From: an uncultured Verrucomicrobiota bacterium
GTDB lineage: Bacteria; Verrucomicrobiota; Kiritimatiellia; CAIKKV01; CAITUY01
Reading direction: 5' to 3'
Assembly: GCA_964611575.1 (NCBI GenBank)
Contig: CAZTAJ010000006.1
Span: forward strand, 2,780 to 66,779
DNA: 64,000 bases
Shown: one piece after another, positions 1 to 9,009 of the stretch
How the letters are laid out: every line of letters starts with the position of its first letter
Numbering within the stretch: position 1 is the first letter of the stretch
The notes under the pieces: generated by a model
Told to the model about the DNA's origin: nothing
The model's database searches: none
Seen by the model: the letters and a program-made list of their open reading frames with translations, nothing else
Program-made: the position numbers and the translations under genes

Positions 1-527
1 CCACCGTCCATCTGGGCATCTGGAACTTGATGCAATTGCCGCAGCCCGGCGAGATGCGGATCCCGGTCGTGTCCAAAGTCAAACCCCGGCTGGTATTCGG
101 GGCGGCATCGCCCGACGAGTTCACCCTCACGCCCCATCTGATTCACTGGCATATGGGCCGGGGGAACGGCGACGCGAAGATCGGGCTCAAAGCCTCGTCT
201 CTGACCGGTCGGGCCGGGTATCTATGCCAAACCCCGTCGGCCGGCCTCTGGAATCTGGTCGTGCGTGACTTCGGGATTGATCCCACCGGCGACTATGTGG
301 ATGCGCTGTGGGAGCCGCCGCACGAAACCGGTTGGGCCTTCCAAGCCTGCTGCATCCGGGACGGCAACGAGCGCTTCAATGAACTTGAATACCATGCGCC
401 AGCGGTGACCGCCCTGGCCGGGCGTAACCGCGGGCAAAACGAATCCCAGGTCTGGGCATTCCGCGGACGGGAAGCTGAGATTGCCGAAGCCGCCGGACTC
501 CTGCTGGACGAGGGCGTCACAAACTGA
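1..527 (+). CDS. hypothetical protein, C-terminal part (gene probably starts upstream of window)
   Basis: The frame of ORF 27..527 stays open back to nt 3 with no stop. No recognisable motif. Confidence 0.4.
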   Translation, partial: TVHLGIWNLMQLPQPGEMRIPVVSKVKPRLVFGAASPDEFTLTPHLIHWHMGRGNGDAKIGLKASSLTGRAGYLCQTPSAGLWNLVVRDFGIDPTGDYVDALWEPPHETGWAFQACCIRDGNERFNELEYHAPAVTALAGRNRGQNESQVWAFRGREAEIAEAAGLLLDEGVTN

Positions 528-551
528 CGCCATGGCGGTTCGGCTCACGCA

Positions 552-1583
552 TCATCGCTTCTTCAGCAAGGCAAGCGTTTCCTTATCGAGCACATCCACC
601 TTGCGGCCGGTCTCCATGGCCTTCACGGCGGCAAAGACCATGCCGACGCTGCGGATGTTGTCCCGCGCCACGGTGCGCGGTTGTTTCCGCGCCTTCACGC
701 AGCGCATGAACTCGTCCAGGACATAACTCTGCGCCGTCAATGGCAGCGCGGTGTGCGTCAGGATCTCCGTCTTCTCGAGTCTGTAGAGTTTGGGCACGTG
801 GTAGACGCGAATCTCTCCGTTCCGGTAGGTCACGGTCCCCTTCTCACATTCGATCTGCCAGTTACCGTTCCAGTCGCAGAACCCGCCCTTGGCGCACCAG
901 CTCGCGTTGTAGAGAATCCTTGCGCCGTTGTTCATCTCGAAGAGCGCCGTGCTGGAGCAATCGCCCTTGTAGTTGGACCAGGGCGGATTCCACGCGGCGC
1001 CGGACACTTTCACCGCGTCCAGCCCGGTCACGAACCGGATCAGGTCGAAGTGGTGGATGGACATGTCGATGATCACCGGAAAGGGCATCTCGTGGCGGAA
1101 TCCGCCTCCAAAGTCGACGCCCAGAAAGAAATCCAGTTTCACCTGCCCGATGGCGCCCAGTTCACCGGACCCGACCACGTTGGCCAGCGTCCACATGGCG
1201 GGCGCATAGCGATAGTTCTGCGAAACGACGTAGGTCCGCCCGGTCTCCGCGGCGGCTTTCAGCATGGCCTTGCAGGAGGCCATGGTATCCGCCATCGGTT
1301 TCTCGCTGATCACGTCCAGACCCGCCCGCATGGCGGTAATCACGTCGTGCTTGTGAAAGGCGGGCGGCGTGGAGGACAACACGGCATCGGCCTCCACGTT
1401 CTTGAGCGCGTCCTCCAGAGACTTGAAGCAGAGATCCTTGCTGTAGCCGCCGACTTCGCACGCCTTCTGGAGGGCTTCCTCCTTGACGTCCACAAGGGCG
1501 ACGACCTTCGCCTCCTTGTTGTCCTTCAGCACCCGCACCCAGCACTGTCCAAACCCGCCCACACCCACATGTATGAATCGCAT
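552..1583 (-). CDS. Gfo/Idh/MocA-family NAD(P)-dependent oxidoreductase
   Basis: N-terminal Rossmann motif MRFIHVGVGGFGQ and the family EKP motif (VISEKPMA). Start trimmed to ATG 1583, which has an AAAGGA RBS 7 nt upstream; the track ORF begins at an upstream TTG. Confidence 0.85.
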   Translation of the reverse strand: MRFIHVGVGGFGQCWVRVLKDNKEAKVVALVDVKEEALQKACEVGGYSKDLCFKSLEDALKNVEADAVLSSTPPAFHKHDVITAMRAGLDVISEKPMADTMASCKAMLKAAAETGRTYVVSQNYRYAPAMWTLANVVGSGELGAIGQVKLDFFLGVDFGGGFRHEMPFPVIIDMSIHHFDLIRFVTGLDAVKVSGAAWNPPWSNYKGDCSSTALFEMNNGARILYNASWCAKGGFCDWNGNWQIECEKGTVTYRNGEIRVYHVPKLYRLEKTEILTHTALPLTAQSYVLDEFMRCVKARKQPRTVARDNIRSVGMVFAAVKAMETGRKVDVLDKETLALLKKR

Positions 1584-1790
1584 CTGTTGTCCTTTCATCC
1601 GTGTCAAGGAAACCCGTCGAACGTCCGGCGCGCTCAACGAACATCCGTTGATCAGCCGTAAGCAGGAGAGTAGAACGCGGCGGCCCGGGAATCAAGGCCG
1701 CACCGACCCGGGAATCGCCCGCACGGGAAAGAGGGGCCACAGCCCGATCCTCCCGCCGGATGCGATAAAAAAACCATCGCATTTCAAACG

Positions 1791-1805
1791 CTTTGCATTG
1801 CAAAG
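1791..1805. promoter_or_regulatory. candidate operator: perfect palindrome CTTTGCA-T-TGCAAAG in AT-rich divergent promoter region
   Basis: Read directly. A third half-site ACTTTGC lies at 1807-1813. It sits between genes starting at 1583 (-) and 1853 (+). Confidence 0.3.
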
Positions 1806-1852
1806 TACTTTGCTCTATGACATGATGTCCTCGTCGAACGGAGGACTGCACG

Positions 1853-2497
1853 ATGATTGCCCGTCATATCCACGATGCCCTGGCGCAAGTCAGACGCCTG
1901 CAGGAACTGGTCCTGGAGAAGCACCGATTCCATGGCTATTCCGGCCGCGCCCGCATCCTCTCGGGAATCACGGCCGTGACCGCCGCCGCCGTCCTCGCCT
2001 CGCCGTGGGTGCCGCGCGATGAACGCGTCCACCTGGCCGGATGGGGACTGGCCCTGGTCGTGGCCGGCCTCTTCAACTACGGCGCATTGGCCTGGTGGTT
2101 TCTCTTCGATCCGGCCGTACGCCGCAACCCGCGCCTGCTGAAGCCGGCCATCGACGCCCTCCCCGCCCTGCTGATCGGGGCCGTGCTGTCGGCGGCGCTG
2201 GTTCAGGCCGGCCAGTATCGCCTGCTGTTCGGGACCTGGATGTCGCTCTATGGCCTGGCGCAGGTCGCCTACCGCCAGTCGCTTCCCCCCGGCATCTACC
2301 GCGTCGGCCTTCTGTATATGGTGTGCGGCGCCGGCTGCCTGCTGGTCCCGGCCGTGTCGTTCACGAACCCCTGGCCCATGGGCCTGACCTTCCTGTTCGG
2401 CGAACTCGCCGGAGGCTGGGTGCTGCTGGAAGGACGAGGAGCGAAGGATGGGGAAGGAAAGGTGGGAGGCGTTTGGTGGGAGGGGGAGAACCAATGA
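1853..2497 (+). CDS. hypothetical multi-pass membrane protein
   Basis: ATG start and 4-5 hydrophobic segments. The C-terminal tail (DGEGKVGGVWWEGENQ) is encoded by a G-rich simple-sequence tract. Confidence 0.55.
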   Translation: MIARHIHDALAQVRRLQELVLEKHRFHGYSGRARILSGITAVTAAAVLASPWVPRDERVHLAGWGLALVVAGLFNYGALAWWFLFDPAVRRNPRLLKPAIDALPALLIGAVLSAALVQAGQYRLLFGTWMSLYGLAQVAYRQSLPPGIYRVGLLYMVCGAGCLLVPAVSFTNPWPMGLTFLFGELAGGWVLLEGRGAKDGEGKVGGVWWEGENQ

Positions 2498-2591
2498 GAC
2501 CAGTGTCTTCAGAGTGGCCTCAACTGGAGGCGAGATCCCTGACTCCTAACACCTACCACCTTTCACCCGCGCCACACCGAGGAGCCTGCCA

Positions 2592-2954
2592 ATGAAACCG
2601 GAGAGTGATCTTCTTGAGCGCCTTTTCCATGAGCCCAACCGCCTGGCCATCATGTCCGCGCTGTGCGCCTCTGACGCCGGGCTGACTTTTGCCGAATTGA
2701 AGGATGCCTGCGAACTGACCGATGGCAATCTGAACCGGCATCTGAAGTCGCTTGAAGACGCTGGCGCCATACAGATCCGGAAGGCGTTTGTCGGCCTTAA
2801 GCCGCGCACCTCTGTCCGCCTCACCCATGCCGGACTGGCCCGATTCCGCGAATATCTGGAGGCACTCGAAGAGGTCCTGGACCGGGCCAAGCAATCCCTG
2901 CCGGCCGCCCGCAAGGCCGCCTCCTTTCTTGCCGTCCGCCCCCTGAAGACTTAA
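2592..2954 (+). CDS. winged-helix transcriptional regulator (HTH_34/ArsR-like, the type often found next to creD)
   Basis: HEPNRLAIMSAL...LTFAELKDACELTDGNLNRHLKSLEDAGAI matches a wHTH recognition helix plus wing. Sits directly upstream of a CreD homolog. Confidence 0.7.
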   Translation: MKPESDLLERLFHEPNRLAIMSALCASDAGLTFAELKDACELTDGNLNRHLKSLEDAGAIQIRKAFVGLKPRTSVRLTHAGLARFREYLEALEEVLDRAKQSLPAARKAASFLAVRPLKT

Positions 2955-2970
2955 CCCTGAGGAGAGATCC

Positions 2971-4395
2971 ATGAACGCCACACCCGACGAACGCGCCCCC
3001 GCCCCACACCTGCCGCCCCCGCTCCCGCGACTGTCGTCTTTCGGGACGAGCACCGTGTTCCGCATGCTCGTCCTCCTGGTGCTGGTCCTGCTCTTCCTGA
3101 TCCCCATCTCCATGATCCAGTCCGTGCTGAGAGAACGACTGTGCCGCCGCAACGAAGCGGTCGCGAACATCACGTCCACCTGGGGCCACTCGCAAACGCT
3201 TTGCGGTCCGGTCCTGATCATTCCGTACCACTATCGCGTCCCCGTCGCCCGCCCCGCGGCCGCGCCGGGCCAGCCGCCTCCGGCGCCCGTCGAAAAGGTC
3301 ATGACCGGCTACGCGACTTTCCTGCCGCTGGATCTGGTCATCACCGGCACCCTCGCTCCCAGCGTGTTGCACCGCGGCATCTACGAAGCGGTCGTCTACA
3401 GCGGGACCGTGGACATCTCAGGGCAGTTCGCCCGCCCGTCGTTCGATGAGTGGCATATCGCCCCCGAGGATATCCTGTGGGACGATGCTCTGCTGACGCT
3501 GGCCATCACCGACCTGCGCGGCGCCAGGCAGACCGTGACCCTCGCCTGGGGCGACCGGCCGGAAGCGCTGCGCCTGGTGCCGGGATCGAAACTCGACGCG
3601 TTCCCCTCCGGCATCCACGCCCGACTCGGCAGGAACGCCTTCACCGGGACCGGCGCCCCCGCGGCATTCAATCTCAAGTTGACGCTCAACGGCAGCACCG
3701 GCATCCGGTTCGCCCCGCTGGGTGAGAAGACGCGGGTGACGCTCACCTCCCCCTGGGCCGATCCGAGTTTCGTCGGCGCCTTCCTGCCGACCGAACGCCA
3801 GGTCGGCCCCACCGGGTTTGAAGCCACCTGGCAAGTCTCCTACTACGGACGGAGTCTGCCCCAACAGTGGATCCAGCAGGACAAGGCCGGCGGCCTGACC
3901 CCGGAGACCCTCCAATCCTCGCTTTTCGGAGTGGACCTGATCACCGTGGTCGACGCCTATCGTTATGTCGAGCGTGGCATCAAGTATGGCGTGCTGTTTC
4001 TCGTGCTCGTGTTCACCGCGTTCTTTCTCTTTGAGGTTCTCGCCGGCATCCGGGTTCATCCGTTCCAGTACACGTTGGTGGGCATGGCGTTGAGCCTGTT
4101 CTTCCTGGCGTGGCTGTCGCTCTCCGAGATCCTGCCCTTCGGCTGGGCCTACCTGGCGGGCAGCGCCGCCTCGACGCTCCTGCTGGCCGGCTACAGCGCC
4201 GCCGTGCTCAAACGCACCTCGCGGGCCCTGATCGTGGCGGCCGAGTTGGTCCTGATCTATGGATTCCTGTTCGTGATCCTGCGCCTTCAGGACTACTCGC
4301 TGCTCTTTGGAACCGTGGGCCTGTTCGCAGCGCTGGCCACCGTCATGTATGTCACCCGCCATATTGACTGGTACGCCCGCGATCGAGGCCAATGA
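2971..4395 (+). CDS. creD: cell envelope integrity / inner membrane protein CreD
   Basis: N-terminal TM then SVLRERLxRRNEA...TxxWG..Q.LCGPVLIIPY, a large periplasmic part and 5 C-terminal TM helices. This is the CreD architecture as I recall it. Confidence 0.8.
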   Translation: MNATPDERAPAPHLPPPLPRLSSFGTSTVFRMLVLLVLVLLFLIPISMIQSVLRERLCRRNEAVANITSTWGHSQTLCGPVLIIPYHYRVPVARPAAAPGQPPPAPVEKVMTGYATFLPLDLVITGTLAPSVLHRGIYEAVVYSGTVDISGQFARPSFDEWHIAPEDILWDDALLTLAITDLRGARQTVTLAWGDRPEALRLVPGSKLDAFPSGIHARLGRNAFTGTGAPAAFNLKLTLNGSTGIRFAPLGEKTRVTLTSPWADPSFVGAFLPTERQVGPTGFEATWQVSYYGRSLPQQWIQQDKAGGLTPETLQSSLFGVDLITVVDAYRYVERGIKYGVLFLVLVFTAFFLFEVLAGIRVHPFQYTLVGMALSLFFLAWLSLSEILPFGWAYLAGSAASTLLLAGYSAAVLKRTSRALIVAAELVLIYGFLFVILRLQDYSLLFGTVGLFAALATVMYVTRHIDWYARDRGQ

Positions 4396-5564
4396 ATGTC
4401 ATGAGCCTGGACAACCATCGCATAGCCGGCAGCATCGCCACCGCAGGCGGCGTGGCCCTGCTCCTCACCTTGCCCCTCGTCGGCGTGACGTGGACGGGAC
4501 ATCCGGTCCGCCAATACCTCGAATTCCCGCCCCTGACCTCGTATGTCACGCCCGCGCCATTCGCCTGGCCAGCCTTCATCGGCCTCGCCACACTCAACGT
4601 CATCTGTCTAGCGCCATTCCTCTGGCGAGTCGTCCGTCACACCCCTCCCACCTCCCCCCTACCACCCACCACCTCCCCCCTCCCACCTTCCACCTTCCCT
4701 CCCTGGGCCTGGTTCGGACTCCTGCTCGGCCTTGTCGCCTGGGTCCTGGCCTGGACGCGTTTCCCATGGTTCGCGCGCTTTCAGGTCTTCACGTTCAGTC
4801 CGCTCTGGTTCGCCTATATCCTGGTCGTCAACGGCCTGACCCTGCGCCGCAGCGGACGCTGCATGCTGACGCACCAGCCGCGCACGTTCTGTCTGCTCTT
4901 CCCGTTAAGCGCGGCGTTCTGGTGGTTCTTCGAGTATCTGAACCGGTTCGTGCAGAACTGGCATTACGTCGGTATCGGGGCCCTGACCCCCGCGGACTAT
5001 GTGCTCTTCGCCACCCTGCCGTTCGCGACCGTGCTGCCCGCCGTGCTGGGCACGCACGAACTACTCGCGACCTTCCCGCGGCTGACGGCAGGCCTGGACC
5101 GGTTTGCTCCCCTCGCGCCCCGCCGTCCCCGCATACTCGCCGCCCTCGCGCTCGGGGTGGCGGCGGCCGGCCTGGCGCTGGTCGGCGTCCGGCCTGACTA
5201 CCTCTTCCCCCTGCTGTGGGTTTCGCCCCTGGTAATCCTCACTGCGCTGCAGACTCTCGCCGGCCGCCCCACGCTCTTCGCCCCGCTCGCACGCGGCGAC
5301 TGGCAGCGCGTCTGGCGGCTCGCTTTGTCCGCCCTGATCTGCGGGTTCTTCTGGGAAATGTGGAATTGCGGGAGCCTGGCCCGATGGGTCTATGCCGTCC
5401 CGTTCGTCCACCGTTTCCAAATCTTCGAGATGCCGTTACTCGGTTATGCCGGCTATCTCCCCTTCGGCCTCGAATGCGCCGTCATAGCCGAAATCGTGTT
5501 CGGGGTTCAGAATTCAGGGTTCAGGGAAGACTTGAACCCCTGGCCCCCAAACCCTGAACCCTAA
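4392..5564 (+). CDS. hypothetical polytopic membrane protein
   Basis: ATGA overlap with the creD stop and many TM segments. Contains a PPTSPLPPTTSPLPPSTFPP insert and a tail (QNSGFREDLNPWPPNPEP), both encoded by heptamer tracts. Confidence 0.6.
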   Translation: MNVMSLDNHRIAGSIATAGGVALLLTLPLVGVTWTGHPVRQYLEFPPLTSYVTPAPFAWPAFIGLATLNVICLAPFLWRVVRHTPPTSPLPPTTSPLPPSTFPPWAWFGLLLGLVAWVLAWTRFPWFARFQVFTFSPLWFAYILVVNGLTLRRSGRCMLTHQPRTFCLLFPLSAAFWWFFEYLNRFVQNWHYVGIGALTPADYVLFATLPFATVLPAVLGTHELLATFPRLTAGLDRFAPLAPRRPRILAALALGVAAAGLALVGVRPDYLFPLLWVSPLVILTALQTLAGRPTLFAPLARGDWQRVWRLALSALICGFFWEMWNCGSLARWVYAVPFVHRFQIFEMPLLGYAGYLPFGLECAVIAEIVFGVQNSGFREDLNPWPPNPEP

Positions 5565-5590
5565 CACCCAACACCTACCACCTTCCCGCA

Positions 5591-6394
5591 ATGCCCTTCA
5601 CCCTCACACATCCCGCAGTTGCCGCACCCCTCGCCCGACACGGCCTGATCCTCTCCGCCGTCGCGGTGGGCAGCATGGCACCGGATTTCGAGTACTACCT
5701 GCGCCTGTCGTTCGACAGTCGCTGGAGCCACACCCTGGCAGCCATACCGGTCTTTACGCTGCCCGCCAGCCTCATTGGCTTGTGGGTCTTCCACGCCTGG
5801 CTCAAGGTGCCCCTGCTCCGCCTGCTGCCGCCGGCCCACCGGCAGAGGCTCGCCCCTTTCAGCGGCCCATTCGCGTTCGGACTCTGGCGGCGATTCGTCC
5901 TCCTGACACTCTCCTGTCTGGCGGGAATCGCCACGCACCTGTTGTTCGATGCGTTCACCCACGAGGAAGGGTTCGTCGTGCAACAATGCCCGTTGCTCCA
6001 CGCCCCCGCTGTGCAAATGCCCGTCTACACCGTCACCCTCTGCGAGGCGTTTCAGTTCGGCCTCACCTTCCTCTTTCTGGCGGCGATCGGCCTCCAATAC
6101 CGGCGTTGGTTCAGGCAACAGCCCGGGCCCGCCACGTTCATCCCCACGTGGCCTGAGTTGCGTCCGCTACTGCCATGGTGGCTCGGCCTCGGCGCCGTCG
6201 TCCTGGGCGCAGCCCTGGGCTACGCCCACATTGCCGTCCCCCACGTCAACGACGCACATGACCTCCGCGCCTTCACCGGACGTGCCATTCTTGCAGGACT
6301 GTCGGCCTTGGTGCTGCTCCTTGGCCCGCTCGGTTGGGCACAACGCCGGACTTCACCCCCCATTACGACAAAGAACGACCAGGAATCGCCATAG
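5591..6394 (+). CDS. DUF4184-family membrane protein
   Basis: N-terminus MPFTLTHPAVAAPL...MAPDFEYYLR, as in DUF4184/YdjM-like membrane hydrolase-fold proteins (recalled). Confidence 0.6.
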   Translation: MPFTLTHPAVAAPLARHGLILSAVAVGSMAPDFEYYLRLSFDSRWSHTLAAIPVFTLPASLIGLWVFHAWLKVPLLRLLPPAHRQRLAPFSGPFAFGLWRRFVLLTLSCLAGIATHLLFDAFTHEEGFVVQQCPLLHAPAVQMPVYTVTLCEAFQFGLTFLFLAAIGLQYRRWFRQQPGPATFIPTWPELRPLLPWWLGLGAVVLGAALGYAHIAVPHVNDAHDLRAFTGRAILAGLSALVLLLGPLGWAQRRTSPPITTKNDQESP

Positions 6395-6488
6395 CGCACC
6401 CCGTTGATTTTGCCGCCCCACATTTCGCATGACAAATTGGCCCATTCTGCGTCACCATCGGTCATGGTCGTATTCCCGAGGAGATCTC

Positions 6489-6872
6489 ATGAGTCATGAA
6501 CGTGTGGAGTCGCCCCGTGCCCCGGCGGCAGTTGGACCATATTCCCAGGCAATCGCCGCAGGTCACCTGGTGTTTTGTTCCGGACAACTGGGACTCGATC
6601 CCGCCACCGGACAACTGGTGTCAGGGGGCCTCGCCGCCGAAACGGACCGTGTCCTGCGCAATCTAGCCGCCGTGCTCGAAGCCGCCGGCGCCTCACTGGG
6701 TACGGTTGTGAAGACCACGGTGTTCATGACCGACCTGTCCGGCTTCAAGGCCATGAATGACGTATACGCCTCCCATTTCCCCAATCCTCCGCCGGCACGG
6801 TCGACCCTTCAGGTCGCCGCCCTGCCCCGTGGCGCTTGTGTCGAAATCGAAGCCATTGCCCTTAAAGGATGA
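6489..6872 (+). CDS. ridA: RidA/YjgF/TdcF-family reactive-intermediate deaminase
   Basis: GPYSQA motif and a C-terminal ARSTLQVAALPRGACVEIEAIA. Start trimmed to ATG 6489. Confidence 0.85.
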   Translation: MSHERVESPRAPAAVGPYSQAIAAGHLVFCSGQLGLDPATGQLVSGGLAAETDRVLRNLAAVLEAAGASLGTVVKTTVFMTDLSGFKAMNDVYASHFPNPPPARSTLQVAALPRGACVEIEAIALKG

Positions 6873-6879
6873 GCCGCCC

Positions 6880-7350
6880 ATGAAAACACTGATCCTGTTC
6901 TACACACGCTCCGGAAACACCGAGGCCATCGCCCGGGCCGTGGCCGAAACGCTGCAGGCCGATGTGGAAGCCCTGTCCGACCCGGTGAGTTACGCCGGCG
7001 CGCTCGGCTACATGCTTGGCGGACGCGACGCCCTGAAGGGCCGCGTGGCGGATATCGCCGCCCTTCAGCACGATCCCGCCGGGTACGAACGGATCGTGAT
7101 TGGCCAGCCCGTCTGGGCCGCCCGTCCCGTGCCGGCCGTGAATGGCCTCGCGAAACGTTACCCCCTGGCCCGACAGGCGCTGGCGTTGTTTGCGACCTTC
7201 GACGGCGGAGGCGCGACCGGCTGCCTCAACCGCACCGCAGCCCTGTTCCCGGACGCCCGTCCCGCCGGGCAGGCCTCATTCCAGCGCGTCGGCAGCCAGC
7301 GCGAGCGAGGCCTGGCCGAAGCGCGGGCCTGGGCGAAAACACTCGGCTGA
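6880..7350 (+). CDS. flavodoxin-like fold protein
   Basis: MKTLILFYTRSGNTEAIA FMN-loop type N-terminus. Start trimmed to ATG 6880. Confidence 0.7.
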   Translation: MKTLILFYTRSGNTEAIARAVAETLQADVEALSDPVSYAGALGYMLGGRDALKGRVADIAALQHDPAGYERIVIGQPVWAARPVPAVNGLAKRYPLARQALALFATFDGGGATGCLNRTAALFPDARPAGQASFQRVGSQRERGLAEARAWAKTLG

Positions 7351-7421
7351 TATCGGCGGCAGCCCGAAGGAAACGTGTTGAGGAATCCGGTTCGCGAGGA
7401 CGCTTCCCGCGGGGCATCCCG

Positions 7422-7769
7422 TCACCGGTAACGCCGCTGCCGGAACCGGCACACCCGCCGCCCGCACGGATGCGAAACGGCCCGGCTCGCCTCGCGCACC
7501 TGCCGCAAATGCCACCGGCTCAAAGACACGCCGTCATCCACATCGTAGGCCCGCTGCCAGTCCCGCGGGTCGTAGGTCCAGCGTATGCCGACGGGGCTCC
7601 TGGCTTCCCCGCCGTGCGAGGCGAAACACCACAGGGCGCCGCAGGCCATGCACATCATCAAGTCCACGCGGTTCCCGAACATGACCCGCCTCAGACTGGC
7701 ACTGCCGTCCAGACAATGCCTGATCGGCACTGGCGGCCCGCACAACGGACATGCTTCCTGCTGCGGCAT
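7422..7769 (-). CDS. hypothetical Cys-rich (zinc-ribbon-like) protein
   Basis: CPLCG...CMACG pairs. Start trimmed to ATG 7769, 28 nt downstream of the kinase stop; the longer track ORF overlaps the kinase. Confidence 0.4.
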   Translation of the reverse strand: MPQQEACPLCGPPVPIRHCLDGSASLRRVMFGNRVDLMMCMACGALWCFASHGGEARSPVGIRWTYDPRDWQRAYDVDDGVSLSRWHLRQVREASRAVSHPCGRRVCRFRQRRYR

Positions 7770-7797
7770 ATGACCCTGCCCCGACTTTTGAAGCGCT

Positions 7798-9009
7798 TCA
7801 ACGGAACGGGCCGAACGGAGGCCCGACGAACTTCGCCAGGTAGTGCTCAAGTTCCCGCCCGTATTCCGTGTCCTTCCCCATGTGAACCAGTTGCTTGTGA
7901 ACGTGGAGCAGGCCCTCGGGCCCGAAGTCCGCATCACTGGTGCTGATGAACCGTTTTGCCGGATCCGGGTCGAGCATGCGCTGCAGCGTTCTCACAAAAC
8001 GCTCGTTGCGGCTGACATACGGCGGCAGCAGGCCCGGCAGCCGCTCGGGCAATTTCAGTTTGAAGCCCAGCAGGTCGCTCTCCTGCGACAGCGACCCCGT
8101 GACGGGATCGCCGCGGAGCATCTCCAACCCGACCAGGCCCGTGCTGTACAGGTCCGACTGCACCGTGGGCGGCTGCCGTCGATGAATCTCCGGCGCCATG
8201 TAGACCGGTGTGCCCAGCAGCCACGTCGACGGATCGCCGATGGAAACCGCGCGCCCGAAGTCGACCAGCTTGATATAGCCCAGCCGGTCAATCATGGTGT
8301 TGGCAGGCTTGACGTCGCCATGCACAAACCCCATCGCATGGAGAGCCTCCAACCCCCGCAACATCATCCGCATGATATAGATGGCAATGCCGGGTTGAAT
8401 GCGCACCGCATCCCCCTCGAGGCGGAAGATCACATCGGTAAAGCGCGCCCATTCATCCCCGGTGGTCCGGTCACGGACCAGCGCCAGGTGACTGCCATCC
8501 AGAAAAGCCCGCAGGTCAAACCCGTCAATGGCCTCCATCTGCAAGTAGCCGATCCCGTAGGTCTCATCGTAACTGTCCCGCGCCACCAGGTTCGGGCTCT
8601 GCATTGTCTGCAGGCGCGACGTCTGCACCGCAATGCGGCCCATGTCCGTCCAGTACTGTTCCGGCGACACATAGTTGGAAGGATCAAACAGTTTGATGCC
8701 GTGGCGCGTCACGCAGCCGCGCGCCCCCTGGCGCAGACCGAGAAACACCACGCCCTGCCGCCCGCGGCCGAGTTCACGAAGGAACTGGTAGGCCACCGGA
8801 TAGAAGATGGCCCGCGCCCGGACGATGGCCGCATAGTTTTCGACCAACTGGGCCTGGGTCATCTGGACGGGCTGCTGGGTATTCTTGACGGGCGCGGGCG
8901 CGGCCGTGTCGACGGAATCCTTCTCGTGGCGCGTCTCCGCGGCAGCCGAAACCATCCGCCCCGCCGGAATGTCCCAGGTGGTTTCGACGGGGTTGTCGAT
9001 GTCCTTCAT
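7798..9009 (-). CDS. Ser/Thr protein kinase (non-RD, HGD catalytic loop)
   Basis: GRGRQGVVF glycine loop, HGDVKPANTMI, DFG and GTPVYMAPE. ATGA overlap with the upstream thioesterase stop. Confidence 0.8.
   Translation of the reverse strand: MKDIDNPVETTWDIPAGRMVSAAAETRHEKDSVDTAAPAPVKNTQQPVQMTQAQLVENYAAIVRARAIFYPVAYQFLRELGRGRQGVVFLGLRQGARGCVTRHGIKLFDPSNYVSPEQYWTDMGRIAVQTSRLQTMQSPNLVARDSYDETYGIGYLQMEAIDGFDLRAFLDGSHLALVRDRTTGDEWARFTDVIFRLEGDAVRIQPGIAIYIMRMMLRGLEALHAMGFVHGDVKPANTMIDRLGYIKLVDFGRAVSIGDPSTWLLGTPVYMAPEIHRRQPPTVQSDLYSTGLVGLEMLRGDPVTGSLSQESDLLGFKLKLPERLPGLLPPYVSRNERFVRTLQRMLDPDPAKRFISTSDADFGPEGLLHVHKQLVHMGKDTEYGRELEHYLAKFVGPPFGPFR

Noticed and set aside
527-552. Palindrome cgccatggcg between the convergent genes at 527 and 552, as a bidirectional terminator.
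   Set aside because: The stem is only 5 bp with no loop or U-run, which is too weak to call.
5548-5582. Telomere-like appearance of the AAACCCT/GAACCCT units (the plant-type telomere repeat is CCCTAAA).
   Set aside because: The tracts are short, internal and degenerate, and they lie inside or next to bacterial genes. There is no evidence of a linear replicon end.
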